DNA of 64,000 nt, from assembly GCA_040901675.1 (NCBI GenBank), contig JBBDYJ010000006.1, positions 61,288-125,287 of the forward strand, read 5' to 3'. Both the position numbers and the translations under genes were made by a program. This document shows positions 18,371 through 29,678 of the stretch, one piece after another (within the stretch, counting starts at the first letter, position 1; every line of letters starts with the position of its first letter). This DNA is from Pirellulales bacterium. Lineage in GTDB: Bacteria > Planctomycetota > Planctomycetia > Pirellulales > JAICIG01. The notes under the pieces are model-generated. The model did no database searches. It saw only the letters and a program-made list of their open reading frames with translations, and was not told the origin of the DNA.

Positions 18371-20872
18371 TTACTCAAGCACATTGACCCGGCCGGTGGG
18401 CAGCTCCACCTTGGCCCAAAAGGGATGCTTGCGGTCGGCGCGGGTCCGGGCGTCTTCCAGCAGCACGGTCAGGTCGGGCTCGATAAAGCCCCCTTGCAGC
18501 CGCAGGCTGGCGCCGTTGACCGTCACGCTTGTCCGCTGCTGAAAATCGATCACCCCGGGCGAGAGCCAGACCGTCACGCGGCCCGCCCCGGTCCGTATGT
18601 TGACGCCGTTGGTGGCCGTGACCGTGGCCCGCGTTTCCGCGGCCCGCGTCCCACGGCCCGGAGGCCAGCTCTCCGGCTCGACGATCGTGCGCGGGGGCAG
18701 GTCGTCCAGCTCGATCCACCAGAAAAAGTTGTCCCAGCTCCGCATGCTGCGGCACTGAAACTCTCGCGGATGGAAGTTGCGCTCGTAGCGCCCCATCCAG
18801 TCGAAGAGGTTCAGAATCTCGTCGGAGAAGTGCTCGTGCCCGCGGCCTTGATACTCCACGACCGTGGCGTTGTAGGCCCGCGTCAGGTAATGATCGAGCA
18901 GCGGCGCGTTCGTGGCCGACTTGCGGCCGTCCAGCTCGCCGGCCACCAGGTAAAAGGGCAAGTTCTCCGCGTTGTCCCGGTAGTGCTGCACGTACCGGTC
19001 CGCCTGGGCCACGATCGGAATCACGCCCGCCCACAGGTCCGGATGCGCTACGCCAACGTCCCAGGCGGCGTCTCCGCCCATCGAATGACCCGAAAGAAAT
19101 ACCTTGTCCGTATCGACGCTGAACCGGCGGCAGGCATCGCGCAGCACGTTGAGCACGGCCGCGTGTTCGGCCGCCGAGTAGCGGTACTCGGTCTGATGCT
19201 CCTTGGACCAGAGCGGAGCGACCACGATATACCCCTGCCGCGTGGCCTGTCCCAAGCGCGGCCCCCCGTCCTCGGAGCTGCCCGCCCACCAGTCGATCTG
19301 CTGCTGGGGGGTTGTGCCCGCCCCGTGCAGCGTGAGGACCGTCGGATAGCGGCGATGCGGGTCGTACTCGGGCGGGAGCTGAACGTAATAGGTCACGGCG
19401 GGCTCGCCGGCCAGACCGTCGACCGCCAGCTCGAAGAAGCCGGGCAGAGCTTCCAAGGCGGGTGTTTCCAACGGCGGCTTCATGTGCGCCAGTATTTTGG
19501 CGACCTGGGTGGGGTTCGCCCCTTCCTGGGAGGCGAACTCGGCAAGGATCCGGTTGCGCTGGAGTTTGACCGGCTCGGCCAGGTACTGCCGCACCAGGCC
19601 GCGGACCTCGTACAGCGAGAGGGCCACCGGCAGCCGGCGGGTGGCATCGTTGGAGCCGACGAGCCAGCCGCTGACGGCCAGGGCCAGCTTGTCTTCGGGC
19701 TCCAGCGTGCTGTCGTCCCAGAACTGGCGGTAGGCCGCCATGCGGGGAAGGCTGTCCAGATACAGCTCGTTGTGGATCTCGTCGCGGATCGGCTTCAGCC
19801 GGTCCCGCAGGGCGGAGTCGCGGATGAGCGCCAGGTGCTCGTCGATTTTTTTCAGGACTTCGTCGCCCTGCTCGAAGCGGGCGCGGTAGTCGTTCTGCAA
19901 TTCGCTGGCGGCCACGAGGGTTTCGCCCGCGACCTTGTCGGGTGGAAACTGGTCTGGAAACTGTTCGAGCATCCGCCGGGCGAGCCGGTGCTGGCCCGCC
20001 TGGCTCCGCAATCGGATCTCGGCCAGGGCGCGGCGGGCAAAGGCCTGGTTCAACTCCAGCAAGGTCCGGGCGAACTGCTCCTTGCGTTCGGGAAAGTCGT
20101 TGAGGACCTGGTCGAGTTCCAGCTCGGCGTCCTTGTAGCGTTCGGCCTGGAGGTAGAGCCGCACCAGTTTGAGTCGATGCTCGATGTTCTTGGGATCGAT
20201 TTGGAGGGCCAGGATCTTGCTGAGCGTCTCGCGCGGCAGCGAGGTGAAGGCGATCCGCATGTCCCAGATGAAGTTTTTGCCCTTACTGACGTTGAGGGCT
20301 TCGACCTTGATGTACTTTGGCGTGATGAGGGTGATTCCCTGGATGACGGAGATCCTCCCCTGGTTGGTGTTCATCTCCAGGATTCGCCGACCGAATTCAG
20401 AGAACTCCTTAATCCGCACGATGGGGCCGACCATGGCCACGCGCCCGCCTTTATCGGCCACACTCTGGCGGACGCGGAACGTTTCGTAGGCCTGTCCGGT
20501 AGCCGACTCGTCGGCCTCCAGGATCCTGCGCAGCGGAACAAACACGCGGCGCAGGTTATCGTCGATGAGCACGATTAGCCGGGGATCTGGGGCGCCGTCG
20601 GCGGGCGCCGCCATCGGCTTCTCGGCCAGGCTCTTGAGCTTGGCCAGCCGCCCCTCGATCACCCGGCCGTCTCTGAGCGTGATCTTGGAGCCCCGGGCAG
20701 CACCGCCCAGTTGACCGGCAGCAGTGGCCCGCGAGGCGAAAAAGCCGTCCGAGGCGAGCATGCCGGTCAGGGTGACCGACGTGAATCCGGCCCCGGTCTG
20801 GCGCAGAAACTCGCGTCGGGTCCGCCCGCAAGACGAGCCTTTTGGTTTGCTATGGGTCGAGTCCGCCGTCAT
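18371..20872 (-). CDS. Tat-exported alpha/beta-hydrolase (esterase/peptidase) with a long helical N-terminal region
   Basis: TRREFL twin-arginine signal; LTLHGAG, GHSMGG, AGELD and GRGHE catalytic motifs. Confidence 0.8.
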   Translation of the reverse strand: MTADSTHSKPKGSSCGRTRREFLRQTGAGFTSVTLTGMLASDGFFASRATAAGQLGGAARGSKITLRDGRVIEGRLAKLKSLAEKPMAAPADGAPDPRLIVLIDDNLRRVFVPLRRILEADESATGQAYETFRVRQSVADKGGRVAMVGPIVRIKEFSEFGRRILEMNTNQGRISVIQGITLITPKYIKVEALNVSKGKNFIWDMRIAFTSLPRETLSKILALQIDPKNIEHRLKLVRLYLQAERYKDAELELDQVLNDFPERKEQFARTLLELNQAFARRALAEIRLRSQAGQHRLARRMLEQFPDQFPPDKVAGETLVAASELQNDYRARFEQGDEVLKKIDEHLALIRDSALRDRLKPIRDEIHNELYLDSLPRMAAYRQFWDDSTLEPEDKLALAVSGWLVGSNDATRRLPVALSLYEVRGLVRQYLAEPVKLQRNRILAEFASQEGANPTQVAKILAHMKPPLETPALEALPGFFELAVDGLAGEPAVTYYVQLPPEYDPHRRYPTVLTLHGAGTTPQQQIDWWAGSSEDGGPRLGQATRQGYIVVAPLWSKEHQTEYRYSAAEHAAVLNVLRDACRRFSVDTDKVFLSGHSMGGDAAWDVGVAHPDLWAGVIPIVAQADRYVQHYRDNAENLPFYLVAGELDGRKSATNAPLLDHYLTRAYNATVVEYQGRGHEHFSDEILNLFDWMGRYERNFHPREFQCRSMRSWDNFFWWIELDDLPPRTIVEPESWPPGRGTRAAETRATVTATNGVNIRTGAGRVTVWLSPGVIDFQQRTSVTVNGASLRLQGGFIEPDLTVLLEDARTRADRKHPFWAKVELPTGRVNVLE

Positions 20873-21159
20873 CTCGTATCTCCTCGGCCCGGATGCAAGG
20901 CGGTGCTGAGATAGAGCGCCAGGATGGTCGCTCGAGCCAATCGCGACCGAGTGAGAAGTCTCATAGCCCGGTTCGCCTCCTCGAAAAAATGACCGCTCAG
21001 GTTCCGTTTTGGCCGACTGCCCGGACGTATCGTGATGGATGGCGCGGCCCCTGGCGGTCCGCCATCGGCAGCGAGTGGTTTCCCCCTCAATTGTCCCTTG
21101 GATTGGACTTAAGTCAATCAAACAGTTCTCCGGCATCGCCGTCACGGAGGGCCGCCTCC

Positions 21160-21396
21160 GAGGCGCCGTGGCGATCATGCTTGAATCTGACAGGGGATAA
21201 AAAAAGGGGATAAGTCGGGATAAGTCCAATAAATGAAATTGGACTTAGGAATGGCCGAAAAATAACTTCCGCATATCGCAAAGACGCCGTGCTGGCCACC
21301 GGATGCTAGCACTCGCGAAATCGGGAAGTTATTTTTCCGGCGTTCCTTATCCCCTATTTTTCATTCTATGAGGCGCCGTGGCGATCATGCTTGAAT
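21160..21396. repeat. 27-bp perfect direct repeats flanking an AT-rich structured insert
   Basis: GAGGCGCCGTGGCGATCATGCTTGAAT at 21160-21186 and 21370-21396. Confidence 0.92.
21248..21346. mobile_element. 99-bp MITE-like element with a TTA target duplication
   Basis: Imperfect TIRs GGAATGGCCGAAAAATAACTTCC / GGAAGTTATTTTTCCGGCGTTCC; TTA at 21245-21247 and 21347-21349. Confidence 0.8.
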
Positions 21397-21650
21397 TTGT
21401 GGTCCGCGTTGCCGCGCAACCATTGCAACGCGCCCAGGCCGACCCAGAGGCTTCGGTCAGGCTCACTGCGCGCCGATTGCGGTAGTTGGTACCAGGCGTC
21501 CACGGGAAGGCAAAAGGGAGCGACCAGCGGAGCTTGGCGCCCGTCCCGGTCCGGGCCGTCAACCAGGACCGTGCTCGGCTCTTGAACGACCGCTTCGATA
21601 AAGGCCCGTTCGTCAGCGGCGTCCATGAAGAACCGCACTTGGCTCCGCAT
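21366..21650 (-). pseudogene. Hypothetical gene truncated by the 21187-21396 insertion
   Basis: MRSQVRFFMDAADERAF...FKHDRHGAS* continues as ...EAALRDG beyond the other repeat copy. Confidence 0.5.
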
Positions 21651-21832
21651 CGAAGTGTCTCCACGCCGTCCGGCCAGCCCAATTCGAACTTGTACCCAAC
21701 GAGCCGGCATCCGCAACGCGAACACACTTCAGCACGCTGACACGGCCTGTCCATTGACAGGCGCTGCCGGCGGGGTGCAAAATTGGCGGCTTTGGGCAAA
21801 GTGTAACGACCCAAGTTTAACGAGCCACCCGC

Positions 21833-22123
21833 GTGATCTCCAAGCAAGCCCTGGCCAAACTGCTCGCCGCCGTGGTGCTGCTGCCCGTCGCCATCGTACT
21901 CACACTGGCCTTGGGGGCACTGCTGGGCGCTATGCAGGATGCAGCCGGGGCCGCCGTGCTGGCCAGAGTCGGCCTGGCCCTGGGAGCCGCCTGGGTGTTT
22001 GCCCTCGTCTGCCTGGTGCTGGCCCTGGCGGCCAATGCGGCGGAGGAAAGCCGAGCAGGAAAGGAGGACCGAGGAGAAGGAGGACAAAGAAACGAGGAAG
22101 GAGGAAGGAGGAAGGAGGAGTAG
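21833..22123 (+). CDS. Small two-TM membrane protein
   Basis: Two hydrophobic helices; C-terminus runs through a GAGGAAG heptamer repeat. Confidence 0.65.
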   Translation: MISKQALAKLLAAVVLLPVAIVLTLALGALLGAMQDAAGAAVLARVGLALGAAWVFALVCLVLALAANAAEESRAGKEDRGEGGQRNEEGGRRKEE

Positions 22124-22255
22124 GAAGCGCCGGGACTTGAACCCAGCCATCCAGGAAAAGGACGAAGGAGGAATCCAAGGCGCTGGCTGTTTTTGCGGCG
22201 GTTGATTAGCCTGGAAATGGGGCGTCTGCCAGCGATCCAAGCTTGCTGCGACAGC

Positions 22256-23236
22256 ATGAGTGTTCAATTCGCCTGCACGCATTGCCGCAAACGGCTCAAA
22301 ATCTCCAGCCGTAAGGTCGGCACCACGATCCACTGCCCCAAGTGCGGCGCCGCCAGCGTTGTGCCGGATGAATACACGGCCGCGGCCGAAGCAGCCATGG
22401 CGGTGCTGGCCGGCCCGGACCCCGGCAGCACGGCCACTGCCATCCCGGAAGCGGTCGTCTATGACGATATTCCGGACCTGTTTGCCGAACGACCCGAATC
22501 GCCGCCACGGGTGGCGCGGGTGTCGCCGGGCATCGGCGGGCCCCGGGGCGGGGTTGGCGGCGTTGGTTCGCCGCAGGCCGGCGGCCGTCCGCGGCCGTCG
22601 CAAGCATTGCCCGCAGGCGCGCCGAAGCTTTCCGCGCGCACGCCCGCCGTGGCCGAACCGGTGCTGCTGGTTTCGCGGCGGGCCGTTTACGCGCAGGCGG
22701 GGCTGTTTTGCCTGGTGGCCGTGGCCGCCTTCGCGGCCGGCTATGCGATCGCGCCGGGCGACGGGCAAAAAAGCCGGGAGCAGCGGGTGGCCGAGGCGAT
22801 CATGGTGCGCGGCAACGTGGTGTACCGGCAGGCCGCCAACCGCTTGCAGCCGGACGGCGATGCGGTGGTGGTCGCACTACCGAGGACAAAACAACCGCAA
22901 ATCAAGCTGGCATCGTCCGGGCTGCGACCGGGTGAATTCGATCAGCCGGCAGGGCGGGACGCCCAGGAGATGCTGGCTTCGCTGGGCGGAGCGGCGGCCA
23001 GCACCGACGGCGCGGGCGAGTTTCAACTGGTGCTGCCTCATCCCGGCGATTACTACGTGCTGTTCATCTCGCGTCACGCGAAGCGGGCGGCAGGCCAGTT
23101 GCCCGCCGCCGCCGATTTGCAGGAGATGGCGGACTATTTCCAGTCGCCCGCCGAGTTGATCGCCGACAAGCAATATGAATGGTCGGCGAGAGGGCTTTCG
23201 GCGGATCAGCCACCGCTGACGCAGGAGTTCAGATGA
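22256..23236 (+). CDS. Membrane-anchored hypothetical protein with an N-terminal zinc ribbon
   Basis: FACTHC...CPKCG, Pro/Gly linker, one TM helix. Confidence 0.75.
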   Translation: MSVQFACTHCRKRLKISSRKVGTTIHCPKCGAASVVPDEYTAAAEAAMAVLAGPDPGSTATAIPEAVVYDDIPDLFAERPESPPRVARVSPGIGGPRGGVGGVGSPQAGGRPRPSQALPAGAPKLSARTPAVAEPVLLVSRRAVYAQAGLFCLVAVAAFAAGYAIAPGDGQKSREQRVAEAIMVRGNVVYRQAANRLQPDGDAVVVALPRTKQPQIKLASSGLRPGEFDQPAGRDAQEMLASLGGAAASTDGAGEFQLVLPHPGDYYVLFISRHAKRAAGQLPAAADLQEMADYFQSPAELIADKQYEWSARGLSADQPPLTQEFR

Positions 23237-23240
23237 AGGG

Positions 23241-24938
23241 TCAGGAAATGATGGCTCGGCGGCGGTTGACGTAGTCCCAGACGACGTACCGGTCGAGGTC
23301 CTTGCCTGCGGTGAAGAAGACCCGCCCGGTGGTGGACCGGGCCAGCCGATAGGCAAAGTGCACGTCTTCGCGCGTCTGCGACCAGCTCGGCAGCAGGAAG
23401 ATGTTGATCGTGATGCCGTCGCGCTGGCAGAGCCGGCCCTCCCGCAGCGTGGCCGACTCGGTCGCCGGGTCGGGCGGATAGAGCAGGTATAGCATCGAGC
23501 CCTCGAAATGGGCGGTCGGCAGGCCGTCGGTGATCAAGATCACCTGGCGGTTGGGGGTGTCTTGCAGGGCCAGGAACTGGCGGGCCATCTGCAACCCATG
23601 CTGGATGTTGGTGAAGTGGGCCGGGATGTGGTGCTCGCTCAAGTCCTCGCGGCTCATGTCGGCCTTCTTGCGGACCCAGGGATCGAAGACCGTGACCGGC
23701 TTGGGCATCAGCGTGGCAATCTCGCTGGCGTGGCGGGGCTTGGCGAACGTGTACATCTCCACGAACTGCAAGTAATCGCCGGGATACTCGCGGCGGATCA
23801 AGCCGTCCAACGCCAGCCCCATCCGCTTCACGTTGATGTACAGGCCGCCGTAGCGCATCGAGCCGCTCATGTCCATCAGCACCACGGTGGCGCACTTGGG
23901 CGTGTTGCGGGTGCGGTGGATCTCGATATCCTCTTGCTTCATGCGGATCGGCAGGCGGGCGCCGCCGCGGATCATGGCGTTGGTGAGCGAGGCGGGAATG
24001 TCCATGTTGGCCACCGAGTCGCCAAACTCGTAGGGCTTGGTGTGGGCCAGCTCGACGGCCCCTTCCCCCACGACCGCCCCCTGGTGGCGGCCCGTGCGGG
24101 AAGCCTGCAGGCTGCTGAAGATCGTTTCCAAGAGCTTGTTCTGGAACAAGCGGTACGCCTTGGGAGTCAGCTCGAACCCTCGGCCCTTGGAGGCCAACCC
24201 CTGCCGCTCGGCCAGCTCCCGCAGATAGTCCTGGATCTGCTGTTGCAAGGCGCTCAGTTGCTCGATGTCGCCCGGCTCGGCGAATCGGGCCAGTTGGTCC
24301 ATGTCGATCACCGCAATCTGCGCGGTCTTGGCGGCCTCTTCGAGCTGCTTGAGCAGCTTGTCGATCTGGTCCAGCTCCTCCTTGACGGCCAGGCCCTCGG
24401 GCACCGAGAGCGGCGTGCGGCCGGTGAACTCGTACTTGGCGGCCATCTCTTCCAACTGGTACTTGTCGCCCAGCCGGTCGGCCAGGGCCAACAACTGGGC
24501 GGCGAACGGCGAGCGCTCGCCGCCGGCCCGATACCAGAGCTGTTCCAGCTCGCGGAGCTGCTCGTCCTCGAAGGCCTGTTCGAACTGCTTGCGGAGCTGC
24601 TTGGGCGGCTTGATCCGCTCGCCAACGTCGCGGTAAAGGCGGCCGGCTTCTTTGAGGACGCGGCCCGTCTCGTACTTTTCCAGGATCCGCCGCTTGCGCT
24701 CCAGCAGCATCTGGCGCAGCGCTTCGAGGCTGGGACCCAGGCCGGCGATCTGGCTGGGATCGAGGTGGATGGCGCGGGCCAGCTCTTCCTCGGTCAGCTC
24801 GCGCATGCTGCCGTAGGTGAGCATGTGGTCGAAGGCCGACGAGACCAGGTCGGGCGGCTCCTGCGTCGGGCTGGGGAAATTCCTGGGATCGTACCGTTGG
24901 TACGTGTGAATCACGCCGCCCAAGTGCTTGGGATTCAT
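23241..24938 (-). CDS. VWA-domain protein
   Basis: DMSGSM MIDAS motif, TNIQHGL, ILITDG; alternative GTG start at 24974 overlaps the ATPase stop. Confidence 0.88.
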   Translation of the reverse strand: MNPKHLGGVIHTYQRYDPRNFPSPTQEPPDLVSSAFDHMLTYGSMRELTEEELARAIHLDPSQIAGLGPSLEALRQMLLERKRRILEKYETGRVLKEAGRLYRDVGERIKPPKQLRKQFEQAFEDEQLRELEQLWYRAGGERSPFAAQLLALADRLGDKYQLEEMAAKYEFTGRTPLSVPEGLAVKEELDQIDKLLKQLEEAAKTAQIAVIDMDQLARFAEPGDIEQLSALQQQIQDYLRELAERQGLASKGRGFELTPKAYRLFQNKLLETIFSSLQASRTGRHQGAVVGEGAVELAHTKPYEFGDSVANMDIPASLTNAMIRGGARLPIRMKQEDIEIHRTRNTPKCATVVLMDMSGSMRYGGLYINVKRMGLALDGLIRREYPGDYLQFVEMYTFAKPRHASEIATLMPKPVTVFDPWVRKKADMSREDLSEHHIPAHFTNIQHGLQMARQFLALQDTPNRQVILITDGLPTAHFEGSMLYLLYPPDPATESATLREGRLCQRDGITINIFLLPSWSQTREDVHFAYRLARSTTGRVFFTAGKDLDRYVVWDYVNRRRAIIS

Positions 24939-24970
24939 CCTTCTGCCTTCATCCTTCTGCCTTCTGCCTT

Positions 24971-26392
24971 TCACCGTACTTCGTAGGTGATTCGGCCGTG
25001 GCGCTGGGCGCGGGAGATGCGGTCGGTGGCGTAGAGGCCGGCCAGCACGAACTCGACGCAGGAGGCCCGCACGGCGGGGTCGGCGGCCGCGTTCACCTCA
25101 AAAGCCTTCTGCCAGGCGGGGGGCACGCGGGCCAGCCGTTCGGCGTAGACGGCCGAGGGGAGCATGTCGCCGACCTCGATCTTGACGCCCTGGCTGAAAA
25201 TGTGGCCGATCTCTTCCAGGCCGTGGCGGTCGATGTATTCCTCGAACACCGTCTTGATCGCCTCGGCAATCACCGACTCGAGCACCTGGCGTTCGGACAT
25301 CTGGTGGCTGCCCATCATGTCCAGCTCCAATTTTCCCAGCGAGGATGAGTACAGGTGGCCCAGGTCGCTGATCCGCGGCACGGCGGGCCGCTCGCCCAGC
25401 CGGGCGCCGCGCTGGCGGGCACTGGCCACCATGGTGCGGTAGTTGGCGATGCTGAAGCGGGCGCTCACGCCCGACTGCTGGTCGATGAACTTCGAGCGGC
25501 GGGCCGCCACGCTGATCTCCTCGATAATCTCCCGCATGAAGTAGGGCACGACCACCGGGAAGTCGCCGTCGAGCTCGACGGCGGCCTCCTGCTCCATGAT
25601 GGCGATGCCTTCCTGGCGCTCGCGTGGATAGTGCGTGTGGACGACCGAGCCGATGCGGTCTTTCAACTGCGGGATGACCTTGCCGCTGCGGTTGTAGGTG
25701 GCGGGGTTGGCCGAGAAGAGGATCAGCACGTCGACGTCGAACCTGATCGGGTAGCCGCGGATCTGGACGTCGCGCTCTTCGAGGATGTTGAACAGGCCGA
25801 CCTGCACCAGCTCGTCGAGCTCCGGCAGCTCGTTCATGGCGAAGATGCCCCGGTGCATGCGGGGGATCAGGCCGAAGTGCAGGGCCTCCTCGGCCGACAT
25901 GCTGGTGCCGCTGGCCAGCCTGGCGGGGTCGATCTCGCCGATGATGTCGGCGAACTTGGTGCCCGGGGCCAACCGTTCCGCGTAGCGCTGGTCGCGGGGC
26001 CACCAGGCGATGGGCACCTCTTCGTCCGGCAGGCCGGCCAGGTAGCGTCGGCAGACGCTGGTGATCGGGCGATACGGGTCGTCGTGCAGGGGCGCCTCGG
26101 GCAGGTCGATGTAGGGAATTTCCTCGTCGAGGAAGCGGGAGATCAAGCGCATCAAGCGGCTCTTGGCCTGCCCTTTCTCGCCCAGGAAGAGCATGTCGTG
26201 CTGGGCGATCAGGGCCAGGTTGATCTCCGGGATGACGGTATCCTGGTAGCCGATCACGCCCGGGAAGAGCTCGTCGCCGGCGGCCAGGGCGGCCATGAAG
26301 TTGTCGTAGATTTCGCGCTTGACCGTTTTGGAGACCCAGCCGCTCTCGCGCAACTCGCGCAGGTTAGCTGGTTTGGTACTGGTGGAGGGCAT
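24971..26392 (-). CDS. AAA+ ATPase (Mg-chelatase subunit I/MoxR-like)
   Basis: GEKGQAKS Walker A variant, [15 protein letters not shown]; paired with the VWA gene. Confidence 0.85.
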   Translation of the reverse strand: MPSTSTKPANLRELRESGWVSKTVKREIYDNFMAALAAGDELFPGVIGYQDTVIPEINLALIAQHDMLFLGEKGQAKSRLMRLISRFLDEEIPYIDLPEAPLHDDPYRPITSVCRRYLAGLPDEEVPIAWWPRDQRYAERLAPGTKFADIIGEIDPARLASGTSMSAEEALHFGLIPRMHRGIFAMNELPELDELVQVGLFNILEERDVQIRGYPIRFDVDVLILFSANPATYNRSGKVIPQLKDRIGSVVHTHYPRERQEGIAIMEQEAAVELDGDFPVVVPYFMREIIEEISVAARRSKFIDQQSGVSARFSIANYRTMVASARQRGARLGERPAVPRISDLGHLYSSSLGKLELDMMGSHQMSERQVLESVIAEAIKTVFEEYIDRHGLEEIGHIFSQGVKIEVGDMLPSAVYAERLARVPPAWQKAFEVNAAADPAVRASCVEFVLAGLYATDRISRAQRHGRITYEVR

Positions 26393-26624
26393 CGGCAGGT
26401 AGGCAATGGACTCGGAAAAGGATCGAAGCTTGTCCGATTATAGCGCCGTGGGCGACCGGGCCAAGGCGGGGGAGCGCAGGGAAGAACGCCCGAGGGACGA
26501 AGGAACACGATTGGCCACAAAAAGGCACGAAAAGGCACGAAAATAAAAAGAGACGGGCAGAGGTGGGCGGGCCTCTCCCATGTCGGTTAAAGTGGAACGC
26601 AAGCAACCACTGGCCCGTGAAGCC

Positions 26625-27122
26625 TCACGCTTGCTTGTGGGCGGCGAGGTAGAGATTCAGCGTGATGTGGGCCTGGCCGTGGTGATGGGCCTCGTGCCAG
26701 CCGATGATGTGGAGCACGTCGAGTACGGTCAACTTGCGCTGGGCCAAGGCGGGGGGTATCTCGGACAAGCGGTCGTCGCCGTAGTCGCGAAGGGTTTCCA
26801 GCAGGTGCCCGCGGGACTCGTCCAGGATTTGCCTGATCGTGGCCGGCCCGGGAACGTCGTCGTCGGGCGTGCTGCCGCCTCGGAACCGCGGCCACAGCTC
26901 CGTGAAGGCGGCCGGCTTGTGCGGCGCCAGCCGCTCGGTGGCAAAAATCTCCTCGGTGATGCCGATGTGCATCAACTGCCAGCCGATGTGCGCCCGGCCC
27001 CGACCCGGCCGCCACGCCAGCACGGCCCGCGCGTCGGACTGCTTCTCGATATTGTCCAAGAGGCCCAGCGTGCGGTTGCGGTAGAACTGGTAGCTGTCGA
27101 CGAAGGTTTGAACGGAAGACAT
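26625..27122 (-). CDS. DinB-family protein
   Basis: HIGWQLMHI and WHEAHHHGQ His motifs. Confidence 0.85.
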   Translation of the reverse strand: MSSVQTFVDSYQFYRNRTLGLLDNIEKQSDARAVLAWRPGRGRAHIGWQLMHIGITEEIFATERLAPHKPAAFTELWPRFRGGSTPDDDVPGPATIRQILDESRGHLLETLRDYGDDRLSEIPPALAQRKLTVLDVLHIIGWHEAHHHGQAHITLNLYLAAHKQA

Positions 27123-27378
27123 GTTTTGATCGTCGTTTTGGGTTTTGGGATTCTGGAACACGCGCTACGGACTGCCTCGCTGGCGCGTCGGGTTGGTGTG
27201 GGCTACGGGACTGCCTCGCTGGCGAGAGCGGGTTGGTATGGCCATGGTCGGCGGCCTCGACGCACAACCAGGATACTTCTGTCCAGCCCGGCTGGCAATC
27301 GGACGGGATGCGACAGCGTGGTTTCGACGATATGCTATTGTCTGGCTTGGGAGAGTCGACCGGAATGGGAGCATCAAC

Positions 27379-28023
27379 ATGATTTGTCGGCTGAAAACAA
27401 TCGTATGGGCGGTGGCGATGGTGGGCGCGGTGGTGGTGGCTGCGGCTGAGGAGCCGGCCGGCAAAGAGGAAAAGGGCAAGCCGCTGTTCGATGGAGAGTC
27501 GTTCGAAGGATGGGAAGGAAACCTCGACTGGTTCCGGATCGAAGACGGCGCCATCGTGGGGGGAAGCCTGGAGAAGAAGATTCCACGCAACGAATTCCTC
27601 TGCACGCAGGAGGAGTACGGCGATTTCGAATTGCGGCTGAAGTTCAAGGTGCTGGGCGAAGGGGCCAATGCGGGCGTGCAAGTCCGCAGCAAGCGAATCC
27701 CCGACCATCATGAGGTTTCGGGGTACCAGGCCGACCTGGGCGACGGCTGGTGGGGATCGCTGTACGACGAGTCGCGGCGGAACAAGATCCTGGCCAAGGC
27801 CGACCCCGCCGTGGTGGATCGAGCGCTCCAGCGCGACGACTGGAACGAATACCGCATTCGCTGCGAAGGCACGCGGATCCAACTCTGGATCAACGGACGC
27901 CAGACCGTCGATTACACCGAAATGGACGAAGGAATTGCCGAGCGGGGCGTGATCGGACTGCAGATCCACGGCGGCCCACCCAGCGAGGCCTGGTACAAGA
28001 AGATCAGCATCAAAGAGCTTTGA
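27379..28023 (+). CDS. Secreted DUF1080 (3-keto-disaccharide hydrolase-like) protein
   Basis: LFDGESFEGW, YGDFELRLKF, NAGVQ, WNEYRI, IGLQIH. Confidence 0.88.
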   Translation: MICRLKTIVWAVAMVGAVVVAAAEEPAGKEEKGKPLFDGESFEGWEGNLDWFRIEDGAIVGGSLEKKIPRNEFLCTQEEYGDFELRLKFKVLGEGANAGVQVRSKRIPDHHEVSGYQADLGDGWWGSLYDESRRNKILAKADPAVVDRALQRDDWNEYRIRCEGTRIQLWINGRQTVDYTEMDEGIAERGVIGLQIHGGPPSEAWYKKISIKEL

Positions 28024-28174
28024 AGGAGAAGGCAGAGAAACACGACACGGCGACAAGGGGACAAGGGGACAAGGCGAACGCGGGGAACGGACGAAGACTG
28101 GGGCACGCTGACGCTTTGCCACCAGGCACCCTCTGACTTCTGACCTCTGACCACCAACCACCGACCACTGCGCC

Positions 28175-29485
<1,311 letters not shown>

Positions 29486-29507
29486 GGGAATCAGCTCCGG
29501 GTTGGTG

Positions 29508-29676
29508 GTCATTTGTCATTTGTCATTTGTCATTGGTCATCGGTCAATCGGTCAATCGGTTTGGGCCGTTGCTCTTCATGGTAGCTGAAGTCGCCAGACT
29601 TCAGGCCACGACCCTCTGACTGAACTGCAAGTCCGTCGCAGGCGGAACCAATGACAAATGACCAATGACAAATGAC
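29508..29676. repeat. Inverted heptamer arrays enclosing a GTAG REP-like palindrome
   Basis: GTCATT(T/G) units from 29508, (C/A)AATGAC units at 29649-29676, GTAGCTGAAGTCGCCAGACTTCAG at 29581. Confidence 0.8.
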
Positions 29677-29678
29677 CG

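Noticed and set aside
20873..21229. N-terminal extension of the 952-aa ORF
   Set aside because: It runs through the repeat and insertion patch; the Tat signal and GGAG RBS point to ATG 20872.
21160..21396. Mini-CRISPR or DGR template/variable repeat
   Set aside because: There are only two identical repeats, 183 bp apart, with no adenine-specific mismatches and no reverse transcriptase or cas gene.
23241..26392. AAA+/VWA pair as a novel system
   Set aside because: It is a widespread, known chaperone-like pairing with no unusual partners here.
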